A stretch of DNA of 64,000 nt from Octopus sinensis. Its lineage: Eukaryota. Below, piece after piece: positions 12,484-26,989 of the stretch. A program made the translations under genes and the position numbers. The stretch is from contig NC_042997.1 of NCBI RefSeq assembly GCF_006345805.1, forward strand, positions 2,914,001 through 2,978,000. The letters are read 5' to 3'. The first letter of the stretch is position 1. Each line of letters opens with the position of its first letter. The notes below the pieces were generated by a model. That model was not told the DNA's origin, made no database searches, and saw nothing but the letters and a program-made list of their open reading frames with translations.

Positions 12484-13630
12484 ACTAGGTTGTGTGTCGA
12501 TTTCCCTATTGGTTTGGATGACTCTAAATATGTGCGCTATCCACTGCTTACTCCAGAGAATAGTTTTTCAAAATTAAATGATGGCAAAATATTTACGAAA
12601 CTGGATCTCTCTGATGTGAGTATGCAAATTAAAGCAAGAAGCTTCTAATGATGAATACGCACATATAATTTATAAGCAATATATTATATTGCCATTTAGT
12701 CTGAAGTCCGCACCTGCAATACTTCAACAGGTTATGGAAGAGATATTGGCGGACTGTCAATTTGGAATTCCATACCTTGATGATATATTAATTTAAAGTG
12801 AATCCCATAATCAATATATCGAGCATGTGAAGTGTTCTTTGCAAAAAGAAAAAAAAAACAATACAAGATTACGGTTTCACGCTCAGTGAGGAGAAATATG
12901 AATTATTTTGCATAAAATTTCATATTTAGGAAAAATTATCGATGAAAATAGAAGACGACCTGACTTGTCGAGGGCAGACGCAATTAAAAATTATTCCTCT
13001 CCCAACTTCCAGCTTTTCTTGGCTTAACGACTTATAATCAAAATTACATATCAAACATAATAAGCCCCACATAATAAGACGCCAAATAGAATTGGTCCAA
13101 TAACTATCAAAAAAGCGTTTCAGGTTATCAACAAAATCTTAATTCTGGATTTGTTGCTGGATCATTGCGATCTTTTAGCGAACATTGTTGCATCTTCTGA
13201 CGCTTCTGAATTCGGTGTAGGAGCAGTTTTGCTACACAAATATAAAGACGGTAATATGAAGGCGATGTCTCATCCCTCGTATCATCTCATTGCAGCAGTA
13301 GATATTGACAATCAGATAGATAAAGATGCTCTATTGATTACTTTTGCTGTGAAATAATTTCACAGATGTATCCACGGTAGAAGTTTTCGGCTTCAGACGG
13401 ACCACCGACCGTCACTATCAATTTTCGAATAGAAGAAAGGAATTCGTATTCATACAGCTAACATATTAAAAAGCTGGAGTGAAATATTGTTAAATTATAA
13501 CTTTAAGATGGAGTCCTCCTAAGAAAATTGGCCATGCAGATCGTTTATCTACGCTAATTCCGAAGAATGCAGAACCGCCAGAATATACGGTGATAGCCGC
13601 ATAACAGTCAGAAAAGGAAATTAAAACGTT
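12484..13630 (+). mobile_element. Ty3/Gypsy LTR retrotransposon pol remnant (RT and RNase H), disrupted
   Basis: Motifs RLCVDF, YPL, KIFTKLDLSD, PYLDDIL, DASEFGVGAVL, TDHRPSL and GHADRLS, with many stops and frameshifts. Confidence 0.88.
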
Positions 13631-13631
13631 A

Positions 13632-14017
13632 TCTCTTTTACTCTTACTCTTTTACTTGTTTCAGTCATTTCACTGCGGCCATACTGGTGCACCGCCTTTA
13701 GTCGAGCGAATCGACCCAGGGAACTATTCTCTGTAAGCCCAGTACTTATTCTATCGGTCTCTTTTGCCGAACCGCTAAGTGACGGGGACGTAAACACACC
13801 ACCATCGGTGGTCAAGCAATGCTAGGGGGACAAACACACACACACACTTATATACGACAGGTTTCTTTCAATTTAGGTCTACCAAATCCACTCACAAGGC
13901 ATTAGTCGGACCGGGGCTATAGCAGAAGACACTTGCCCAAGGTGCTACGCAGTGGGACTGAACCTGGAACAGTGTGGTTGGCAAGCAAGCTACTTACCAC
14001 ACAGCCACTCCTACGCC
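13632..14017 (-). mobile_element. tRNA-derived SINE, family A, near full length
   Basis: Head GGCGTAGGAGTGGCTGTGTGGTAAG...GGTTCAGTCCC, CORE-like ACCTTGGGCAAGTGTCTT, internal (TG)n and tail GAAACAAGT followed by AAGAGT repeats. Confidence 0.88.
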
Positions 14018-14851
14018 TAATATTTTCAAAACAGAAAGTGAAAGTGACTTCAAACAACGTTACACACAAGGCTATCGGGCGCATAGACTGAGTAAGACCA
14101 TGAACGTAACAAGTGTCTCTGTCATGTGTACTTTAAGTCTGAATGTCATTTCACGGAGAAAAATATGGGAAATTGCAGAACTGATATTATGGCTATTTCA
14201 TTTCGTTTTTCCTTTCATCCCCGAATGAAGTGGTCATCTTATAGAATCGAAAGTGGTGGTGCTTCAAATAAAACTGTATCTAGTATTCTTTCAGCTTTCC
14301 AAGATAATTTCTCTAAACATTTTCGTCTGTGTATATGCGTGTGCTTGTGTGTGTCTGTGTGTCTGTGTGTGTGTGTTTGTGCGTGTGTTTGCCATTGCCT
14401 TTGCTCTCCGTCACTCGACGATGAGGATATATTTGAGAATTCAACTGGATTACATGCTCCTGTGTCAATGTTTAAGTGGTTGAGCAATCTGTACATGCTG
14501 TGTCATCCTGACACTGAAGCAGATTAAGTGGGACGCAATGTGATTGATGGCTGTATGTTTCAATTACAGGTAAATCCAACTGAAACACTCGCGCACTGTT
14601 TCACGCTACCCAAATTCACTGACTATATACAAAGACTGAAAAGAAGCTATTCAACATGACTCATTGTTGAGAGATGATGTTCTTAAGCAACAGGCCATAC
14701 TTTTACTATACAGACACGCAAAAAGAAACAAAAGAAAAACACACAGAGGCATACATACATATATATGTATACGTACATTCATTTCAGTATATTTATGCAT
14801 CGATAGTTGTACGTATATGTGTGTGTGTCTATATGTGTGTGTATGTATATA

Positions 14852-14897
<46 letters not shown>

Positions 14898-14973
14898 TAT
14901 ATATATATTTGTATATATTCATATATATATATTTATATATATGTATATATTCATTTATATATATGTATATATT

Positions 14974-15085
<112 letters not shown>

Positions 15086-15594
15086 CTAGCAACTAAGCCC
15101 GGTTTCGCACGGTCGGTTTGGGTGATTTTGCTGTAAAACCTGCTCTGTGTAAGCATTCGACATCTTTGGCCACGTCTACGTTAAAAATGTCAACGCCCCG
15201 GACAGAGAATTTACAGAATCAGAAATGCCAATTAATACTAGCAGACGATAATATACGTTTTATTCCACATACAAGATTCTCCCAAATCAAAAATTAAACC
15301 CAAATACTACGCGGTCAAATATGAACCATCCCACTTACATTGTGCACACATGCGCACACACATACAGACAGACAAACGTCCACACACACCTCTGTACATA
15401 CACACACATATATTCAAACAGGGTTTAACAGATGTTTGATTTATTTTTTGCAGCGTACAACTTTCATCATCCCACTACCAAGTATGACATCGCACACCCC
15501 ATTCCTTATTCTTCTATCACAACTACTTTTCTCATTCATAAACACCCGAGTGTTATTATAGTAGATTAGACACGGTAACCATGGGAATACGGAT
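15086..15594 (-). mobile_element. Non-autonomous Helitron, 5'-truncated
   Basis: Minus strand has A|TCTACTATAAT near the 5' end, a CCGTGCGAAACCGGG hairpin and a CTAG|T 3' end at 15086. Confidence 0.72.
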
Positions 15595-15595
15595 C

Positions 15596-16670
15596 AGTTT
15601 TCACTCTGCGATAATGTATTAATGTACGCACAAAGAGTGGTAGTACCAATTGCACTACAGAAACAGACATAACATGAACTTCATAGTGGTCACTCGAGGA
15701 TGTCAAGAGTTGAAGCTTTGAGTAGGAGTTACGTGTACTGGTCAACAACGGACTGAGTAAATTGCAAATTTGGTAAAATGATGTAGAGTTTGGGCGCCAG
15801 CAGTCAAGTCAACACCGGTGAAATACCAAGCGTGGCCTGAGACAGATAATCCGTGGTCAAGTGTATATATAGACTATGTTAGACCAGTGAATGGTGCCTA
15901 CCATTTGATCATTGTTTATATATATAAGCCGGAAGTATGTAGGTGCACCAAACCTATCAGGAATGCAACAATAAATTTCTCCTCATGAACTATTTGCTCG
16001 ATGCAGTGTTCTGGACAACATAGTACCGGGCAATGGAACAAAATTTACAAGATGCGTGTTCAAGAAATTCTGCAAAATGCATGCAGTGAAGCACATTTTT
16101 AAACGGCCATACCACCCCAGGTGAAATGGGCAATCAGAACGATTCATGGATACTTTCAAGCGAGAGCTAATAAAAGCAAAGAATGAATTATAAAATGATG
16201 AAGCGCTAACTAAATTCTGAAGGGTGTTCAGAATAACGCCCAATCCGAATTCCTCTTTAGGCAAGTCGTCTGCAGAGCTTGACATATTAAAGTTCGCTGG
16301 AAAGATTAAATCGATCTTCGACAAATTGTTGCGAAAGAAAATAAAGTATAGAGAACAACAAAAAATTTTAACTATTTTGTTGTCAGAGTCAAAATCCATT
16401 TCAAAGTACACAAGAATGATAAAGAGAGTTGGAAGGATGGCATAGTGACTAAAATAATTGGAAACATGATGTATTTAATAAAAGGCCAAAGATGGGAGCA
16501 TAAATGACACCTAAATTAATTAGAAATTAGACATACAGTAAAAAGGCAAGATATTTCAATGGAAGTAATTTACGTTTGTGGTGTGCCAGCAGCAAAAGAG
16601 ATTGATTCTAGAAGCAGTAACAGAAAACGTTTAGACAGACCATTTAGAAATAATTCCTATGTGAAGAAGG
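15596..16670 (+). mobile_element. Ty3/Gypsy integrase remnant continuing the pol at 12484-13630
   Basis: Motifs RVVVP, ELHSGH...SYVYW, PWSSVYIDY, GQSERFMDTFKR and FRITPN. Confidence 0.85.
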
Positions 16671-16683
16671 TACTGAACTCTAT

Positions 16684-16813
16684 AGGGCGTCTCTCAGTTT
16701 CCGTCTACAGGGCTATAGTAGAAGACATTTGCCCAAGGTGCCACATAGTTGGACTGAACCCAGAACCACTTGATTGTTAAGCAAGCTACTTACAACACAG
16801 CCACTCCTGCGCC
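16684..16813 (-). mobile_element. SINE family A, partial
   Basis: Head GGCGCAGGAGTGGCTGTG and the CORE-like block. Confidence 0.8.
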
Positions 16814-17030
16814 TATATATAAAGAAAGAACGATATATTCCTGTAGACTAGTCTGTCGATCTTTTGGCCTTTCAGCATTAGGCATCAGAAGTCATGGGTT
16901 AAATTGTATGTCGCAGCAAAATATTTTTACCGTTAGGTGAAGGTCTAGAAACTTTGGATATGTATTTAGGAATTCCTTTGTTTGAAATCAACTATAAAAA
17001 GTGGAGAAAATATGAAAAATATGATATATA

Positions 17031-17081
<51 letters not shown>

Positions 17082-19029
17082 TATACATACATTTATACAG
17101 CTACATGAACACATGCAGACATAGACACGTACGTACAAGTATCGCAACAACATTAGTCTGATTCGACAAATTCAATATTAGTCAGAGATACATTTTTATC
17201 ATATATTTATTGCTACGTTAACAAGACACTGAGCGTAATTGTCCATCAGAGCCAAAATTATAAGAATAGAAAAATAGTTCCCTTTTGACTTTGTTTATTA
17301 ATTTTTTTTTCTTGGTAAAGGAGGATTTTTCTGTGTGTTTATTTGTTAATGCACTGAAATGGTAAGCTGTTGCGTATATATTGGGTGGCAGTCAGGCTGT
17401 CATAACAGAATCAGTCGAAGCTTTTCCTCTCAAATTTTCTTATGTAGTCACGCCTTTTTCTTCACGACCCTATTCCCTAGCTTCTATTGTCTTCAATAGT
17501 CAATAGTCTTTCTTCTCTCAGATTGGCTAGCAGGAATCAAATCTATGCTTGCTAGAGGACTAATTATTTCGAAGTTGATATCATCACTTAAATTGAAAAA
17601 AATTCTGTTTTGTTGCTTATTAATTGAAGGAGCAATCCAGGTTCAATTTGTGACACAGGCCTGATACACGTACATAACGAAACACGAAACCAATGTAAAT
17701 GCTGGATTTAGTGTGAATCGAAATTTACAGTTACAGCTGTAGTATATTCAGCGATAATTTTTTATGGGTCAAATATCTCAAACAAAGGTATGCCAGTATG
17801 CATTCTGCGGCGATTCTATATTATAACGGAAAATGTATGAACATTCCATCATCTATATACCTAAAACTACAACAAATTATAAACAAAGAAAAATTGTCTC
17901 AATCGTAAAAATCATAAAAATATAAAGATTATTTCGTAGCCAAATTATTATTATTTAATCAAACAAAATAGAAACAGTTCAACTCGTCTAAGAATTGAAT
18001 GTTTTATTAATGTACCGATAAGCTAGAATAACTGTTGAATATTCAATAAATCAATATGCAATACACAATATTAATAAATTCCTTCAGATAACTGAAATAT
18101 GCCATAGCAATAACTCTTCATGAAATATATATAACAAAGTGAAAGTTACATTTTAAAAACTAAATACATTTCGTATTACAATAAGATTATAAGCGAAGTG
18201 AAAAAATATAATGAAAACTGATAACAATGTATTTAAAAGAGGCAGTAAATAAAACAAAAATATCGATATGACGCTCTCAGTATATTGAATAAATATTTTT
18301 TAATGATATAATTTAATGGTATTTAAATGGTAAACTACTATATATTTAACGTTGAGACACCCCACTGAGTATTTTCAGACCGGAGGTAAATACGTGACCA
18401 TATATTCATATAGTTAGAGACATACGAAAGCACATGCACATATTTAAGGAAAACGACTCGCAGGAACATATATTCACAAAGAGTTAATGGCAAAAAAAAA
18501 TATAGGAGCAACATTAATAAAAATGATATTCGCATAGGATGTCGTATACAGTATGTAAGCTTGTACGTTTGTAGTATGTGAATGCTTTAGGGATACAAAT
18601 ACATGATTCCAAGTCTTCAGTCAAAATTTTTTCAATATATTTTGGTTCCTTAATTGCTTTATTCACTAACTGACTTAATGCATATTTAATATATATACAT
18701 ACGTTTATCAATTCGTTTTGCAAGTTTCTTGATGGGAAATCGTGTGCTAAAACACACTATTGAATTTCGGGATTGTCATTTCTGTTTGCCAAATAAACAC
18801 ACACTATATATAGTTTTTTTTTACCCACTCGTTTATTACCGTTCTTATTTTATTACTGTAAGTCATATCCGGAAATCTTTGGTGAAACATCTGTGAACTC
18901 TTCAAACGAAAAGTGTCGCAGAAGATGTCACATATGTGTGACGAAATATTTCCGAACATGAGTTAAGATAATACAGTAAGAACATTAATAGACGAGTGAA
19001 GAAAACAATATATATGTATGTATATATAT

Positions 19030-20190
19030 ATATATATATATATATCAAAATAAGCAACAAGGATATCCAGAGGTAATGCAGTACGATCGTTCATGCAACT
19101 CCATTTAATTGAACAATGGAAACATTACATCAATTCAAAATTTAGAGCAATCTTCAGCTGCACAAAGACATAGGATTTAATCAAATTAGTACATATGGAC
19201 ACATTAGTATAAATTTACCAAAAAATCTCCAAGGTGTTAATGAGATAAAGAACATGTTGTGTCTACGTCAGCATAGAATTTACTAAAATTATTAAGAATA
19301 CATTGCCCGCCACTGATTTTTCGTCTTTATGGACTCAGTTTTAAGTTATAGAATAATTTATACTGGTTATACTCGAGATTGCTCCAATCTGGCCAGCTCA
19401 AACGAAAAACTAAGCCGTCGGCCGTGCAACATCTATATTCATCCCTCTGCCTGTGAAATCTTGTATCCCTGCCGTATGGCTTTATTTCCACACATATCAG
19501 CTTAATTTATTTCGTCCTTAATCGAAAGTCACCTGTTGTTATATCTAATAATTTGAATTTGTGTAACATTCTCGATTTTTTCTGAATGACCAGTCGCTGT
19601 TTTCGTTTTATCGTTTATCTGGATGTTTTGTTGCCCCTTTTTCGTATCACCGAACTGTCTGGATGTTTCGCATTCTTGTCCCCTTTTCTATTATAAATAT
19701 ATATAAATCTTGGCTCGACTGTGAGCTGCGAAGCATCTCTTAAATTCATGTCTCACGACTTTCATCTCTTTTGGTAATGTCCTATGTTCCTATGTCAAGG
19801 TTTTCCCTCTAGACATATCAGCTCAAATTGATTTGTTTTACTTGTCGATAGACAAATGTCATTTTCTTGTTTGTATTTGTAATGGTGTAACATTTTCTCA
19901 GATTTTTCATCATTGTTGTCTTATACATTCGCTTGCTTTCTCCCAAAGTATTCTTGGCTTGGATTCTTAGTGACATCTAGAGTTGAACAGTCCCAAGTGT
20001 AAACGGCCGAAATTGTAACGATAATCTGGAAACGTGACTGAGGAGAGACATCTGCGATTGATCCGTCCTTATTTTTTCCTGTCCGTCTTTTTTTTTACCT
20101 ATCCGTCTTTATATCGTCTATCTGTTCGGATGTTTTATCGTCGTCTGTTGTGTTCTTGTGTTCTTCTTTCATTTATTCTAAATATCCATA
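19030..20190. mobile_element. Penelope-like element remnants
   Basis: Hammerhead at 19077-19162 and a pyrimidine-rich pLTR-like sequence. Limits are approximate. Confidence 0.45.
19077..19162 (-). ncRNA. Hammerhead motif with long helix II, one core A missing
   Basis: Minus strand reads TGCAG-CTGAAGA-[~58 nt]-GAA-CGATCG-TA-CTGCA. Helix I is a perfect 5 bp and helix III is palindromic. Confidence 0.65.
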
Positions 20191-20996
20191 TAGCTGCGTA
20201 CTTACACTTTTTATCACCTTATAAATATGTTTATACACACACACATATATTTATATATACACATATATGCATATATATTTATATATATGCACATACACAA
20301 AAATATGCACACATATTTGCATATATATCTATGCGTGTATTTATATACATATATACAAGCATACATAATACCCATATATGCATAAATATAAATAGCCAGA
20401 GAGCGAGAGAGAGAGAGAGAGAGAGGGCTGGAGGGTGATAAGGTAAATTATATTTTCCTATTAGATTCGTTATCAAAGTATAATAATGTCCACAAACTCT
20501 TCGTATGTGTACGTGGGTAGGATTCCGTGCAACAATTGAGTATCTTTTTGATTCCCATTGTATCGGGAAGAACGTGTGCGAAAAGAATTGCTTTTGTATC
20601 GAAATACTTCTTTTAAATGTCAAAGAAATTCTCAGAAAAATTTTGACCAAATTTTGTCAATGGATTCCTGCATTCAGGTAAATTTCCCGGATATTTGCGT
20701 TGTAACTGCAACGGTGTTAGTGGTAAGATGCAAGTCTATATTCAATTGCCTTCCCCTTCGAAAAATATATATGGTGAGAAGAGAGGCCACTTGCAAGCAT
20801 GATGCACGAAATTGATAACCTTCTTAAATATATATTACTCAACATTACTGAAAAAAATTGATCGACGGGGAACAACATTTTTATTTATATATTCTTACGA
20901 ACGCGCACACAGACACTAATACATTATATATATATATACATATATATATGATTATGGATTTGTCTGTGTTTACGTGTATATATATATATATATATA

Positions 20997-21034
<38 letters not shown>

Positions 21035-22989
21035 TATTTTAAGATCGTATCTACTGGAATAGATTTGTTTCAATTATTTACTCTTCTTGGATTATAAAGT
21101 TCTTTTTCCTTATGTGATTCTTCTGATGTCTATCCAGTTTAGCATTCCGACAGTAAAGCATGCCATAATCAAGCAGACATTCTGCTGCCATATATATATT
21201 TGATATTCTTCTCTTCACATAAAACGGAAAATTCTTTTGGAAGTAATCGTTGTTTAGAGCGAATATGTCAAGTAGATTTTGTGAAGCATATGAGAATATA
21301 ACAAACGCAAAGATATCAGGTTAAACAATGTACATCTGATGTATATTAAGATTCCATTTTGTTGTTTGCACACAACAAATATTTACACTCTGGTTCGTTA
21401 TTGACTGCTTTATTCCGCTGGTTTGCAAGCTCAATAAAATACACATATACGCGCCTACATGCATACATATACACATACATACGTACGTACATAATTACAT
21501 ATGCACACACAACTATGTGTGTGAGTGTGTGTGTATGTGTATGTGTGTATATGTGTGTGTGCATATAGAGATAGAAAGATAGATATGTACAGCAATATAT
21601 ATGTATTTTTGTTAATACTGTTAGTGAATTGGAGGAGATGAAAAGGTGAAGCATGATATAGCAATTGCATGCGCCATAGAATCTTTTGCGAGGCTCAATT
21701 CCTTGAGAATTCTATTCGATAGATACAAGAACATCAGCATGAAGTTTAATCAGCTATCTCTGGGAGTGTTTTGTGCCATATATTTTAATTGAAATTCTTA
21801 CACACTAGGCGATATTATTTATGGTACTCTGCCAAAACATAAAGTCTCCAATGAAAAACAATTCTTGCAGTTCCTTGTTGAAATTGGTGATATTCATCAA
21901 TGCATCATATTGTGAACATACGGAATACATACAGACACATGGTTACATGAACACTATCACACAGGATGAGAATAAAACATTTCTGGACATATTACATACC
22001 GGGAGATATGTATGCGTGTGTATGTATGCATAACGCAAGACGTATATTCAGTATACTCACTGCGATATATGTGTCAGTTTCGCAAATTTTACAATACGGT
22101 TTTATTTTCAATTAGAACATACTACCAGATACACTCTACATTTTTTATAAATGTCGAGAAGTGATCAGCCACCTTATTTCAAATAAACTATTCATCAGAT
22201 AATACACCACCCAGTGAGTGTAGCTGATTACATAGGGCTAATCTGATATGTAATCTAAATGGATCATGTACAACAGAACTTGTGATCTATGACCAGCGTT
22301 CAAATTTACAGAGGTGGACTACAACAGATGTTCAAATTCTTACATCGGTTTGAAATGAGAAACATTCCAGTGAGAGTTTTACTTCCAGAAGGCTTACTTC
22401 ACGATTGTGAACTGGAGGAATAGAAGAAAACATGAGGGTTACGTCTTGCTGGAGAAAATTTAATTTTCCTTTATAAACTGAAGGTTCATTAAAATATCCA
22501 AGCGCAATTTGAACATCAACAACGTCATGTACGAGCAGATATTTGCACACGGGAACTACACATACGGGGGCAATGGAATTTTTGCAAGTGAATATTTTCC
22601 CCTCTATCATTTCACTTCTGTCAGTTGCTCTTTCACTCAATATGTCCTTTCGTCAGTGGATATCATCGTTTAAATCTCTCCTTATCTCTCCCGACATGAA
22701 CACCTCCTAGTATTCTTCTGTGCGTTTATGTAGCTACATGTATTCTCACAAGTGTGATTGTATGTTTGAATGGCTTCATGAGTTCACGTAGAACTATGTT
22801 TGCGATGAGTAAGAAAGAAACTGGTCTCCTACCGAAATAAAATTCAAGTAATATTTCTCCGATGGTGTACTTCTTTTAAATTTAAAACAATTTCCTACAC
22901 GCATTCTCCTCACAAAGACCGCTAATATTTCATATTTATAATTCGATACAGATTAGAGGTAGATAGTAAAGCAAAAGAAAAATTCTTGT

Positions 22990-23110
22990 ATTGACAAGAA
23001 GTGAGAAATAGTCTGATTTTGTGTATGTGAAATAACAACGGATATTATCTTCTGCTGGTATTAGTTGGAGTTTCTGATTCTGGAATTTCTCTGTCCGGGG
23101 AGCTGTCATG
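22990..23110 (+). mobile_element. Internal fragment of the same Helitron family
   Basis: Matches ~25270-25371 (GTATGTGAAATA...GGATATTATC...CTCTGTCCGGGG). Confidence 0.65.
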
Positions 23111-24230
23111 GGAAAGATTTGTCGTAGCAAGTGATGTTGTCAACATAAAAATCAATTTGTATTGTTCGTGAGCCTAATAGCATTACATGTGCTTTAGCCA
23201 CATCAGTGATGGCTGGCTCATATATAGCGAATTATTTTGTCCATTGCCCTTCAAATTCTGTCAACTCATGGCTCAGAACGGATACTTTATCTATCGCACT
23301 CTGAATGGATGTACATCAACGTAAATCTCAAGATTTGAACGTACAGAACAAGTTGTCGGGCAAAACGACGAAAGCCAAGTGATGTGGCTTTGAAATATCT
23401 ATATCAGTTTCCTGACTGTATAATCATAACGTGGTTACAACTACTCCATATAAGTAGCTTGCAAGTGAAAACATCATAAAAATACAGGATAATTCCGGTA
23501 TTTCTCTATACAGGCTGCACGGAAATTGGAGAACGAAAGAAACTACATTATATATTTAATTTGCTTCCACGGCTATATAATTGAACGCGTTTGATTATTT
23601 CGATGAATAAATGAATTTTAACTTAGGTTTCGGGACATAAATCGAGAGAAAACATACATCAGTAACACAATGTTTTACAAAATAGCACAAAAACAAGCTT
23701 CATTATAAATTTGAATTGAATGTAGCGCAAAGATGATTGCAATCAATGAAGGAAAAGATAAACGTTGCTTCTCATGAAATTGTTTCCTGACTAGGCTCCA
23801 GCGATGTGTAAAGATACGTTTCTTATATTCGGCAACTTGTTCAAATAAAATATTAAATACGAAAGAATTGCTGCGTGTCTGTGTGAGTGTGCTCACGAAC
23901 GTTTGTAGGCGTGTGTGTGTGTGTACGTTGGAATGATTGTGATGTTTGTGTTTGTATGCATATGCGTCAGCGTGTATGAGTTCACTCCTGTCGTATGTAG
24001 AGATGCGTATGCACGTATATGCATATATTTACAAACAATAAACACAGATATATACTAACATACAAACATACGCACACGCACGCACACATATAAATACATA
24101 TACATGTATATACATACACACACATATATATATATGTATATATATATATATGTATATATGTATATATGTATGTAAATATGTATATATATATATATATATA
24201 TAGGTGCATGTATATGTATTTGTATTCAAA

Positions 24231-24440
24231 TATTCTTTTATACTTGTACTTGTTTCAGTCACTTGACAGCAGCCATGCTGCAGGAAGCCTTTAATCGAAC
24301 AAATCGAACTCAGGACTTGTTCTTTGTAAGCCTGTTACTTATTGTATCAGTCTCTTTTGTCGAACAGCTGCGCTACGGTGACACAAACACACAAGCATCG
24401 GTTGTCAAGCGATGGTGGTGGGGAACAAACACAAACAAAT
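24231..24440 (-). mobile_element. SINE family A, 3' half
   Basis: Similar to 13632-13835 (CTTGTTTCAGTCA...TCTCTTTTG...GTCAAGC). Confidence 0.75.
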
Positions 24441-24482
<42 letters not shown>

Positions 24483-24483
24483 T

Positions 24484-24775
24484 GGAGGCGCAATGGCTCA
24501 GTGATTAGGGCAGCGGATTCGCGGTTTCGATTCCTATGCCGGGTGTTGTGAGTGTTTATTGAGCGAAAACACCTAAAGTTCCACGTGGCTCCGACAGGGG
24601 GTGGTGGAAATCCCTGCTGTACTCTTTCGCCACAACTTACTCTCACTCTTTCTCTTCTGTTGGCCTGCTCGTTTAGCAAGCGTGGTGGGGGCGTCATTTG
24701 AAGGCTAAAACAATGCGAAGCGCATTGTGACCAGCGATAGGTAGCAACATCTGATAGCCTGGTCGGTCACGGTGA
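24484..24775 (+). mobile_element. tRNA-derived SINE, family B
   Basis: GGAGGCGCAATGGCTCAGTGATTAGGGCAGC...TTCGATTCC head, the body shared with 2960-3092 and a GTCACGGTGA tail. Confidence 0.78.
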
Positions 24776-24877
24776 TATATATAGTAAACCACGAAAAATT
24801 ACACAGATATGTGGAACGATCCGGTGATGTTGCGGGTTTTTTGTATTTTTTCACATCTCTCAAGGTTAGCGACATAA

Positions 24878-25484
24878 TCTACAATAATAATACTCGTGTG
24901 TTTATGAATGAGAAAGGAAAGGATGATAGATAAATAAGGATGTAACGTGTGATTTCATATTTTGTCCATAGCTCCCATGGTTACCGTGATAATCTACTAT
25001 AATAACACTCGTGTGTTTATGAATTAGAAAAGTAGTTGTGATAGAAGAATAAGGAATGAGGTGTGTGATGTCATACTTGGTAGTGGGATGACGAAAGTTG
25101 TACGCTGCAAAAAATAAATCAAACATCTTTTCAACCCTGCTTCAATATATGTGTGTGTATGTACAGAGGTGTGTGTGAATGTTTGTGTGTCTGAATGTGT
25201 GTGCGTATGTGCACACAATGGAAGTGGGATGGTTCATATTTGACCGCGTAGTATTTGGGTTTAATTTTTGATTTGGGAGAATCTTGTATGTGAAATAAAA
25301 CGGATATTATCGTCTGCTAGTATTAATTGGCATTTCTGATTCTGTAAATTCTCTGTCCGGGGCGTTGACATTTCAGAACTTGTTTTTAACGTAGACGTGC
25401 CCAAAGATGTCGAATGTTTACATAGAGCAGGTTTTACAGCAAAATCACCCAAACCGACCGTGCGAAACCGGGCTTAGCTGGTAG
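24878..25484 (+). mobile_element. Non-autonomous Helitron with tandemly repeated 5' unit
   Basis: A|TCTAC starts at 24878 and 24993. The 3' end has the CCGTGCGAAACCGGG hairpin and GTAG|T (CTAG mutated). Confidence 0.7.
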
Positions 25485-25486
25485 TG

Positions 25487-25550
<64 letters not shown>

Positions 25551-26730
25551 CATATATATATATGTGAATATATACATATATATATATATATGCATATATA
25601 TATATATATATGAATATACACATACACACACATATTACACGTACAAATATCTATGCATAAATATACTGAAATGAATGTACGTATACATATATATGTATGT
25701 ATGCCTCTGTGTGTTTTTCTTTCTTTGTTTGTTTTTGCGTGTCTGTATAGTAAAAGTATGGCCTATTGCTTAAGAACATCATCTCTCAACAATGAGTCAT
25801 TTTGAATAGCTTCGTTTCAATCTTTGTATAAAGTATGTGAATTTGGGTAGCGTGAAACAGTGCGGGAGTGTTTCAGTTGGATTTACCTGTAATTGAAATA
25901 TACAGCCATCAATTACATTGCGTCCCACTTAATCTGCTTCAGAGTCAGGATGACACACCATGTACAGATTGCTCAACCACTTAAACATTGACACAGGAGC
26001 ATGTAATCCAGTTGATTTCTCAAATATATCCTCATCGTCGAGTGACGCAGTGCAAAGGCAATGGCAATCACACTCACACACACACACACACACAGACACA
26101 CACACACACACACACAGACACACATACACACAGACACACAGACACAGACACACACACACACAAGCACACGCATATACATAGACGAAAATGTTTAGAGAAA
26201 TTATCTTGGAAAGCTGAAAGAAGACTAGATGCAGTTTTATTTGAAGCACCACCACTTTGGATCCTTTAAGATGACCACTTCATTCGGGGATGAAAGGAAA
26301 AACGAAATGAAATAGCCATAATATCAGTTCGGCAATTTCCCATATTTTTGTTCGTGAAATGACATTCAGACTTAAAGTACACATGACAGAGACACTTGTT
26401 ACGTTCATGGTCCTACTCAGCCTATGCGCCCGATAGCCTTGTGTAACGTTGTTTTGTTAGAGGAAGGCTAAAAGTTTGAAACTTTGAAGTAATTTTCAAT
26501 TTCTGTTTTGAAATTGTTTGGCGTAGGATTGGCTGTGTGGTAAGTAGCTTGCTTACCAAACATACGGTTCCGGGTTCAGTCCCACTGCGTGGCACCTCCT
26601 GCCTTCTACTATAGACTCGGGCCGACCAAAGCCTTGTGAGTGGATTTGGTAAACGGAAACTGAAAGAAGCCCGTCGCATACATGTATATATATATATATA
26701 TATATGTGTGACTGAAACAACTAAAAGAGT
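24964..26730 (+). repeat. Inverted duplicate (copy 2) of 13632-15594
   Basis: Same modules in reverse order. The ORFs at 14126-14527 (+) and 25929-26255 (-) end in nearly identical peptides. Confidence 0.9.
26520..26730 (+). mobile_element. SINE family A, internally deleted
   Basis: Head and CORE-like part run to ~26676, followed by (TA)n and the tail remnant TGACTGAAACAACTAAAAGAGT. Confidence 0.82.
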
Positions 26731-26989
26731 ATATATATATACATATTAATATGTGCTTGTGTTTCCCCACTCTCGCCTCCCCTACAATCCAAAACACTAT
26801 CAAACTACACATCACACAACTACACCAAACACCGCCAAACCACTCAATAACACATCACATCACTGACCACTTCTCAGCTCCTCATCCACACACCTACACA
26901 TTCACACAGGCACACGTCAAGGTCACCAGCCCTCTTCCACACGCGTATACACGCTCTCTTATACACACGCACGCGCACCTTCATTTTGG

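Noticed and set aside
14126-14527. ORF apparently conserved with 25929-26255
   Set aside because: The similarity is explained by DNA-level duplication, and a (TG)n tract shifts the frame between the copies.
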